Shown here: positions 46,273 through 53,023 of the stretch, piece by piece
How positions within the stretch are numbered: the stretch's first letter is position 1
Layout of the letters: each line of letters begins with the position of its first letter
Source: an uncultured Rikenellaceae bacterium
GTDB taxonomy: Bacteria > Bacteroidota > Bacteroidia > Bacteroidales > Rikenellaceae
Direction of reading: 5' to 3'
DNA length: 53,023 nt
Assembly: GCA_947054185.1 (NCBI GenBank)
Contig: CAMRVW010000001.1
Coordinates: forward strand, 1 to 53,023
Position numbers and translations under genes: made by a program
The notes under the pieces: generated by a model
Seen by the model: the letters and a program-made list of their open reading frames with translations, nothing else
Databases searched by the model: none
Told to the model about the DNA's origin: nothing

Positions 46273-47034
46273 CTATAGTATTTTTACCAGTTTCTCTTTG
46301 AGTACCACGGCCGAGAGGTTGGAATAGAGGATGCCTTTGTCGACGTACGATATGCGTCCGGTCTGTTCCGACACCACCACCACCACAGCATCGGTCACCT
46401 CGCTGACGCCTATGGCAGCCCTGTGGCGCATGCCCAGCGAGGCCGGTATGTCGTTGCGTTCGGTTTGGGGAAGCACACAGCGGGCGGCCGAGATGCGTCC
46501 GTTGCTTATTATCATGGCGCCGTCGTGCAGGGGTGAGTTTTTGAAGAATATGGTCTCGATGAGGCGGTGCGATATCTTGGCGTTGATGACGTCGCCGGTA
46601 TCTTGTATGAGGTTGAGGTTGCTGCGTCGGGTGAAGACTATGAGCGCACCCACGCGTCCGGCACCCATGTTCTCGCATGCGGTGACTATCTCGTCTATAT
46701 ATCCTGTCTCGTCCGAGCCTGCCAGCGAGCTGCCCAGTCCGTGGCTGAATTTGTCGAAGTAACGGTTGCCGAAATAGAGCAGCAGACGGCGTATCTCCTG
46801 CTGAAACACCACTATGAGCGCGATGACACCCACACCTATGATCTGCCCCATGATGCTGGAGAGCAGCTCCATGTTGAAAGAGCGGACCACGATCCACGAG
46901 ACATAAAAGATGAATATGCCTATGAAGATGGAGAAGGCACTGGTGCCCTTTATCATCTTATATATCTGATACATCAACACACCGACAATCAAAATGTCTA
47001 TCAGGCCGGTTATGTTCATAGAGAAAAAATCCAT
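46273..47034 (-). CDS. cdaA: Diadenylate cyclase (membrane-anchored, CdaA type)
   Basis: 253 aa with three N-terminal TM helices and a DAC domain carrying DGA (LHDGAMII) and RHRAA (GMRHRAAIG) motifs. Confidence 0.9.
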   Translation of the reverse strand: MDFFSMNITGLIDILIVGVLMYQIYKMIKGTSAFSIFIGIFIFYVSWIVVRSFNMELLSSIMGQIIGVGVIALIVVFQQEIRRLLLYFGNRYFDKFSHGLGSSLAGSDETGYIDEIVTACENMGAGRVGALIVFTRRSNLNLIQDTGDVINAKISHRLIETIFFKNSPLHDGAMIISNGRISAARCVLPQTERNDIPASLGMRHRAAIGVSEVTDAVVVVVSEQTGRISYVDKGILYSNLSAVVLKEKLVKIL

Positions 47035-47079
47035 CGTCGTTTAGTTTTTCTTAGTGTTGCCGGGTATTGTGCGTCCGGC

Positions 47080-48024
47080 TTACAGGCGCAGGCGTTTTCG
47101 TGTCGGGCGCGAGGGTGCCTTTTTAGGGGCTGTGATATTGGGATTGTACGGTATGTCGGTTATCATCTCGGGGGTGATTTTGCCGTGCATCGCCTCGAAG
47201 AGCCTTACCGCCTGCATGGCTTCCCGGGTGTCGTGCACACGCAATATGTTGGCGCCGCGCTCGAGTGCCGCCATGTGCAGGGCGGTGGTGCCGTTGAGGG
47301 CACGGGCAGCGTCTATGCCCAGGGTGCGCCATATCATAGACTTGCGTGACAGGCCCACCAGTATGGGGGTGTCGAATATGTCGAACTCGTCAAGACGACG
47401 CAGGAGTTCGAAATTCTGCACCACCGTCTTGGCAAAACCGAAACCGGGGTCTATGATGATGTCGCCCAAGCGTTTTTGGCGGAAAAGCTCCATGCGCTCG
47501 GCGAAATAGGCGATTACGGCGGCGGTGACGTCGTCGTAATCGGTCATCTTTGACATGGTGGCGGGGGTGCCGCGCATGTGCATGGCGATATAGGGCAGCT
47601 TATAGTGGGCCACCGTGTCGAGCATCTCGGGGTCGCCCTCGCCTGCGGTTATGTCGTTGACGATCACCGGTCCGAAGCGTTCGACGGCCTCGCGCACCAC
47701 TGACGAGCGAAAGGTGTCTATCGATATGGGCAACTGCTTGTCGAAAGATTGGCGAATGCACTCAAGACCCCACAAAACACGCAGTTTTTCATGTTTCTCG
47801 TCGAGGTCGGCGGCACCGGGACGCGACGAATACCCTCCTATGTCGATTATTTGGGCGCCGCAATCGATGTGGCGTCTTACCGATATTGTAAGCTCTTTGG
47901 TCGAGTTGACGCGCGAGTCGGCGTGGAACGAGTCGGGGGTGAGGTTGACGATGCCCATGACGGTGGGTGAGCTTAAGTCGTAAAGCTCGCCGTCCAAGCG
48001 CATGAAGTATGGCGGATGTGTCAT
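47080..48024 (-). CDS. folP: Dihydropteroate synthase
   Basis: The pterin-binding domain shows VMGIVNLTPDSF, IIDIGGYSSRPG and VNDI. The ATG at 48024 is preferred because the ORF-track start at 48048 is a TTG that overlaps the upstream gene. Confidence 0.92.
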   Translation of the reverse strand: MTHPPYFMRLDGELYDLSSPTVMGIVNLTPDSFHADSRVNSTKELTISVRRHIDCGAQIIDIGGYSSRPGAADLDEKHEKLRVLWGLECIRQSFDKQLPISIDTFRSSVVREAVERFGPVIVNDITAGEGDPEMLDTVAHYKLPYIAMHMRGTPATMSKMTDYDDVTAAVIAYFAERMELFRQKRLGDIIIDPGFGFAKTVVQNFELLRRLDEFDIFDTPILVGLSRKSMIWRTLGIDAARALNGTTALHMAALERGANILRVHDTREAMQAVRLFEAMHGKITPEMITDIPYNPNITAPKKAPSRPTRKRLRL

Positions 48025-48031
48025 GACTCGA

Positions 48032-48979
48032 CTATCTTGCACCGACAATTTCTATGACACTGCCTGCTTGAAACAGGGGTATTTCTCTTTGTGTCAATAC
48101 TTTGAGCCCGTACCACAGTTTGCAGTCGGTTAGTGTGGGGGTGACGACATAGAGGGTGTTTTTGCCTTGCGCCTTGCAGTCGACCGTTTGGCAGGGGGAG
48201 GCTGCGGTTATGTCGAGCATGACGGGTTCGCCCGAAAGGTCGGAGCGGTCGACAATGCCTTCACTCTCGGAGAAGCGGCACACCACTATGTTGTCAAGCT
48301 CGTGTGAGGGGGTCACATCTATGGTAACCTCATACACCTCGGTGCTTTTCTTGCCCGTAAAGAGCGACAGATAGTTGTCTTCCAGGCGAGATATCTCTTC
48401 GAGGGCGGCGGGCAGGCCTGCGCCGAACACGTTTTCGCCGAACTCGCCGGTGATGAGGTCGAAGCGGCGTTTGCGCAGTGTGAAGAGTGCGCCGGCGGCA
48501 TCGGCGGCCATCTGGCTGAGGCTCTTCTCGCGCATGGATGTGCGCATGTCGCCGTGGCCTTGCGAGGCGGCATAGACTATGGGGTCGAGGCACACCTCGG
48601 TGAAGGGGGGCTTGTTGACGGCGACGGTGGCAGTGTCGCCGGCACCGCAGCTCAGGTATTCGGCCTTGAGGGGCTTGCTGTCGGTGTATGAGAGCCCGGC
48701 CGAGGTGATGGTGTATGATGTCTTGTCGTTGAGCGGCGCTGCTATGCCCAAGTATTGTTGCGAGTATTTGGCATAGGGGCCTTTGATTATGTGTTCGCGT
48801 TTTACCGTAAGGGTGACATGGAGGGTGGTGCGGGGTATGATTACCGGGTTGACCATTTGTCTTACCTCTATGGCGTACGGTTGGGTTTGTCTCTTTTCGC
48901 CCTTGGGGGTGTCGGCCGAGGCCGGTGTCGCCGTGCAGAGTGCGGCAAGGCACAAGAGGGTTGTCAGATGTGTCTTCAT
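48032..48979 (-). CDS. Secreted hypothetical protein (possibly DUF4831-like)
   Basis: 315 aa with a signal peptide (LCLAALCTATPASA) and ordinary composition. The family name comes from memory only. Confidence 0.4.
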   Translation of the reverse strand: MKTHLTTLLCLAALCTATPASADTPKGEKRQTQPYAIEVRQMVNPVIIPRTTLHVTLTVKREHIIKGPYAKYSQQYLGIAAPLNDKTSYTITSAGLSYTDSKPLKAEYLSCGAGDTATVAVNKPPFTEVCLDPIVYAASQGHGDMRTSMREKSLSQMAADAAGALFTLRKRRFDLITGEFGENVFGAGLPAALEEISRLEDNYLSLFTGKKSTEVYEVTIDVTPSHELDNIVVCRFSESEGIVDRSDLSGEPVMLDITAASPCQTVDCKAQGKNTLYVVTPTLTDCKLWYGLKVLTQREIPLFQAGSVIEIVGAR

Positions 48980-49229
48980 GGCGTTAAGGTTGCTTGTTAT
49001 GGGGCCTTTCGTTGCGGCTGACAGTCATACAGACAGCCACTTGGCGAAAGATTGCCGTTTTGTCAATCTCCGGTAAAGGTACAAAATATTTTCGGTCGGT
49101 GCGTAAAAAATTATTTTTTGTCGGGTTGGGTGATGCCTGTGGCTTTTGCCGATTATGCCGTGTGGCCGACGGGTATCTTGTTTTTGTGCCGCGGTGCGCC
49201 TTTTGGGGTGTCGGCAGGTGCGTAAGGAG

Positions 49230-49264
49230 TAAAAACGGCGGGAGACTTTATTGTCTCCCGCCGT
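49230..49264 (-). terminator. Terminator of the M43 protease gene
   Basis: acggcgggagac (49235-49246) pairs with gtctcccgccgt (49253-49264), with U5 on the minus strand, 10 nt after the stop. Confidence 0.8.
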
Positions 49265-49273
49265 CTGTGCTCT

Positions 49274-50527
49274 CTATCGCATGGTTACGATGGGTATGTC
49301 GACAGGGCCGTAAGTGGTTTTGCCCGCTGTTTCGGGGTTGAACTTGGGTCCGGGTATCATAAGACCGTAATTGAGCACTGCGCGTACCCGTTTGCGTTGG
49401 TCGGGGGTGAATTGGTCGGCATAACTAACGTCGTAATCCATGATGTTGTGCGACTCGAACCGTGTGCCGTCGCATGCCTGGCGTGTCACCAATTCGGCGA
49501 AGGTCTTGCCGGTGGAGAATTGCTTCATATAGGCTGTGCGGTCGTAATTGGGGGTGTCGTCGCAATAGTCGGTGCCGAAGCACTGGTCTTCCGAAAAGGC
49601 GTGGTAAAGGCCGAGATAGTGGCCGAGTTCGTGCGAGGTGGTCACATTGATGTCGGCATTGTTATATTGGCCGTTTGCCGACTCTTCATTTATGTAAATG
49701 CTGTTGATGGAGGCACACAGGGGAAACTTTATGTTGTCGAGGCCAAGGTGCGGATATTGGTATTTGGTGAGACCCGGTATGGCGTTGCCTTCGTATATTA
49801 TGGGCAGATGCGATATGCCTAAGGTGATGCCGCCGCCTGTTTTGGCGAAGTTATAGACCATCACGTTGACGTAACTGTTGGGGTCCCAAAGCATAGAGAC
49901 ATATTTGCCGGTGTCGTCGTTCATGAATTTGTCGCAGTCGATGGGGTATGACTCCCTCCAGCGTATGTATTCCACGCCGGGGGTGAGCATGGCTTTGCCG
50001 TCGGGGTCGGTATCGGCCAGGACGAACGAGAGGTTCATGTCGGGGCTGTCGGTGCCACCCTTGTAATATTTGTTGACCTTGGCAAGTATGTCGGCGAGCC
50101 TTTTGTGATCGACATATTGTTTGGGGTCGGCAGCGTTTTGGTAAAGCACGTGGAAAACGACCGGTATGGTGTAATGGGTGTTTTTGGGGCCTTCGGTGCC
50201 TGATGGCAACTGGCTGATCTTTATTTCGTCCATCAGGTTGTCGGTGATGATGGTGACTGTGCCCCGGCGCGGTTGGTCGCTATGGTTGGGGAGCACTGTT
50301 ATGGTGAGGGTGGCGTCTCCGCTGCCGGCGGTTTTGTCGGGAGTGAGCCAGTAATCGCTGGCTATGGCCATCCATGACGAATTGCATGTGATGTCGGTCT
50401 TGAGTCTTTCGCCGTCGCTTTCAACCGACTCGAAAACCGAGGGCGACAACGTCAGTGTGTCTCGCTCTTTTCTGCATCCGAAAAAGGAGCAGATTATCAT
50501 CAATATGAGAAACGGAAACTTTTTCAT
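49274..50527 (-). CDS. Zinc metalloprotease lipoprotein (M43/pappalysin-like) with N-terminal BACON-like domain
   Basis: The start is MKKFPFLILMIICSFFGC (lipobox). A BACON-like segment (CNSSWMAIAS...ATLTITV...RRGTVTI) precedes the zinc site HELGHYLGLYHAF and CDDTPNY. Confidence 0.8.
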   Translation of the reverse strand: MKKFPFLILMIICSFFGCRKERDTLTLSPSVFESVESDGERLKTDITCNSSWMAIASDYWLTPDKTAGSGDATLTITVLPNHSDQPRRGTVTIITDNLMDEIKISQLPSGTEGPKNTHYTIPVVFHVLYQNAADPKQYVDHKRLADILAKVNKYYKGGTDSPDMNLSFVLADTDPDGKAMLTPGVEYIRWRESYPIDCDKFMNDDTGKYVSMLWDPNSYVNVMVYNFAKTGGGITLGISHLPIIYEGNAIPGLTKYQYPHLGLDNIKFPLCASINSIYINEESANGQYNNADINVTTSHELGHYLGLYHAFSEDQCFGTDYCDDTPNYDRTAYMKQFSTGKTFAELVTRQACDGTRFESHNIMDYDVSYADQFTPDQRKRVRAVLNYGLMIPGPKFNPETAGKTTYGPVDIPIVTMR

Positions 50528-50651
50528 TACAGTTCTGTTTGGTGTGTCGGCATGTTGCATGACGGCCGGAGAATATGACGGGAAAATTATTTAAAAATTA
50601 CGATAAAACCAATTTATCATCCTTTGGAGGCGCTTTGTTGCCGGCGGCCGC

Positions 50652-51359
50652 TTACAGATAAAATTCGCGCGTCAGTTCGGAGTATGCGGCACTTCGGCTT
50701 CCGTCTTCGTTTTCGAGGTGCATGCGGCTTGAGTCAAGGCGCCAGGCCGGTTGTTTGGCAAACTCCATGAGCACACGTTTTACAGGTTTGGCGCGGCGGC
50801 CGTGTATGTCGGTGCGGCGTGTCAGGTAAAGGCCGTATTCAACCGCTTCGGCAATGAAGACATTGGCCTCTTCGTATGGAAGTATGGCGGCGAAGGTGCC
50901 GTTATCGGATAATAATTGCCGTACGCAGGCGCCCAGATCGGCGGGAGGGAGTGATTCGTTGTGGCGGGCAAGGCACTTTTTCAGAGACTCGTTTTTGAGC
51001 GAGCGGCTGAAGTATGGCGGGTTAGAGAGTATGACGTCATATTTGGATTCGGGGCAGAACTCTTGTATGGCCGTGTTATAGACAGTGAGCCTGTCGGCCC
51101 ATGGTGACGACTCGAAGTTCTCGCTGGCCTGCACTGCCGCCTCTGACTCTAACTCGACGGCGTCTATCATGGCCACGGGGGCGCGTTGTGCCGCCATAAG
51201 GGCGATGAGTCCGGTGCCGGTGCCTATGTCGAGTATGCGTGTGGCGGCGGCCGTTATGGTTGCCCACGAGCCGAGCAGTACGCCGTCGGTGCCCACCTTC
51301 ATGGCGCAATGTTCTTGCTTGACGGTAAATTGCTTGAAACGGAAATATTTGTTGGCCAT
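50652..51359 (-). CDS. tRNA (adenine-N6)-methyltransferase, YfiC/TrmN6-like
   Basis: 235 aa starting FRFKQFTV.Q..CAMKVGTDGVLLG. The SAM motif is DIGTGTGLIAL and the catalytic motif is NPPYF. Confidence 0.85.
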   Translation of the reverse strand: MANKYFRFKQFTVKQEHCAMKVGTDGVLLGSWATITAAATRILDIGTGTGLIALMAAQRAPVAMIDAVELESEAAVQASENFESSPWADRLTVYNTAIQEFCPESKYDVILSNPPYFSRSLKNESLKKCLARHNESLPPADLGACVRQLLSDNGTFAAILPYEEANVFIAEAVEYGLYLTRRTDIHGRRAKPVKRVLMEFAKQPAWRLDSSRMHLENEDGSRSAAYSELTREFYL

Positions 51360-51453
51360 GTCGGTGATTGTGTGGGTGTTTGTGGGCTTTATGGTGTTAT
51401 GGGGAGTGCGGGGGATGCGGCGTGTGTGGTGGTCGAGAGAGTCGGGGGGACGG

Positions 51454-52232
51454 TTATATCACCTTGTTGATGCCGGCGCCGAAGAGGGCGAAGTCATATT
51501 TGATAGGGTCGGAGGGGTCGATAAGGCGCAGGTTTCCGGTTATCTCCTCCACAGATTTCCAGTCGTTTTGTTTGCGCTCGAGCAGACCCAATGCACGGCC
51601 GACATTGCCCGAGTGGACATCGAGCGGCAGATAGAGCGCCGAGGCCGGTATGCCTTTCCACATACCTAAGTCGACGCCGGCACCGTCGTCTCTGACCATC
51701 CATTTGACATACATGTTGAGCCTTTTGCAGGCTGCTTTCTTGTCGATGGACGACAGGTGTTTCTCGACGCGTTTGGGGTGGGGCAGCGAGAAGAATTCGC
51801 CTCTGAAGCGTGACAGCACCGTGCGCATGTCGCCGCACTCGTTATATGTCTGTTCGAAGAAGGCGCCGATGCCTCCGTGGGTAAGGCAGATGTTTTTGAT
51901 GGCCTCGATGAAATAGAGGCAGTCGTGGCCGTTGAAGGTGCGGTGCACGAAGTCGCAGAGGTGCACCTTCTCGCCATGCGAGGCCTCCATGACAAAGCGG
52001 TGGGGCTCCATGTCGAGCATGGTCATGAGTCGGTGGCAGTTTTTCACTATGGCCTTGCGGTTACCCCAGGCTATCGTCGAGGCCAGAAAGCCCGATATCT
52101 CGCGGTCTTCGCGGCTCTCGAAAAGGTGGGGTACGCTTATGGGGTCGTCGGCAATGAAGTCGGGGGTGTTGAACCTGTCCACCAACGAGTCAAGGTATGG
52201 TTTGAGGTCGTCTATTTGCTGCTGTGTTATCA

Positions 52233-52233
<1 letters not shown>
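51454..52233 (-). CDS. TIGR02757/DUF2400-like protein
   Basis: 259 aa from MITQQQIDDL. The ATG overlaps the upstream stop (TAATG at 52231-52235). The remaining 118 codons of the ORF-track frame are Arg/Pro/His-rich and lie inside the upstream gene. Confidence 0.75.
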
Positions 52234-52886
<653 letters not shown>

Positions 52887-52940
52887 TCCTGACTCGCTTT
52901 TGTGCCGCAAGATACGAAAAATTTTTCAACCGGCCATGGT

Positions 52941-53023
52941 TTGCCGGCACTGACGTTATTTTGCCGGCACTGCCTCCGGCGGCCCTTCCGGGGGAGGGGT
53001 CACGGACCCCGGTTTGATATTTT
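52941..53023 (-). repeat. Inverted copy of the 256-398 upstream element (truncated by the window end)
   Basis: The reverse complement reads aaaatatcaaaccggggtccgtgacccctcccccggaagggccgccggaggcagtgccggcaaaataacgtcagtgccggcaaa. TGCCGGCA palindromes lie at 52942-52949 and 52962-52969, with a 20-bp period. Confidence 0.7.

Noticed and set aside
46076-46897. 273-aa ORF overlapping cdaA on the same strand in another frame, plus the 46016-46327 + strand ORF.
   Set aside because: The composition is extremely Arg/His/Pro/Gly-rich with no motif, and cdaA (46273-47034) explains the region.

Overview
This is a chromosomal window from a Bacteroidota (Bacteroidales-type) genome. Bacteroides-style -7 promoter boxes (TAnnTTTG, mostly TATCTTTG) lie upstream of many starts, and the lipoproteins have BACON, PCMD, DUF4493 and DUF3575-like architectures. 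I recognise about 34 protein genes. On the + strand: folE, a PurF-like gene, tgt, an LptF/G permease, yqaA-like, aspA, a four-gene heavy-metal RND efflux operon and dnaX. On the - strand: secA, an FKBP isomerase, rnz, rpsA, an ABC-F ATPase, an MBOAT/SGNH pair, nifJ (PFOR), cdaA, folP, an M43 protease, a tRNA methyltransferase, a TIGR02757-like gene and an ABC ATPase. I found no rRNA, tRNA, CRISPR array, transposase, integrase, reverse transcriptase or recognisable defence gene.

The main non-housekeeping content is a five-gene minus-strand operon (13.5-22.4 kb) of paralogous DUF4493/FN3/PCMD surface lipoproteins plus an outer-membrane beta-barrel. Three tandem copies of a ~90-nt C-rich multi-helix RNA element interrupt it. 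Their helices are only fully paired on the operon sense strand (G.U wobbles and compensatory changes), and each copy ends in a U-tract. This is my best candidate for an undescribed system.

Other unexplained structure:
- ~75-nt tandem arrays of promoter-like units abut the start codons of two unrelated envelope genes (24.7-25.1 kb and 34.0-34.2 kb).
- The ABC-F gene has an attenuator-like leader: a 6-codon uORF overlapping a 13-bp helix that sequesters the region just 5' of the start codon.
- A GC-rich element with TGCCGGCA direct repeats occurs in inverted orientation at the two window ends, each time upstream of an inward-facing operon.
- The MBOAT 5' region is tandemly duplicated.
- A 567-bp intergenic region carries a ~100-nt rod hairpin.
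- Most intergenic spacers are strongly G+T-rich on the + strand regardless of flanking gene orientation.

All family names come from reading motifs and from memory of those families. No database search was run.
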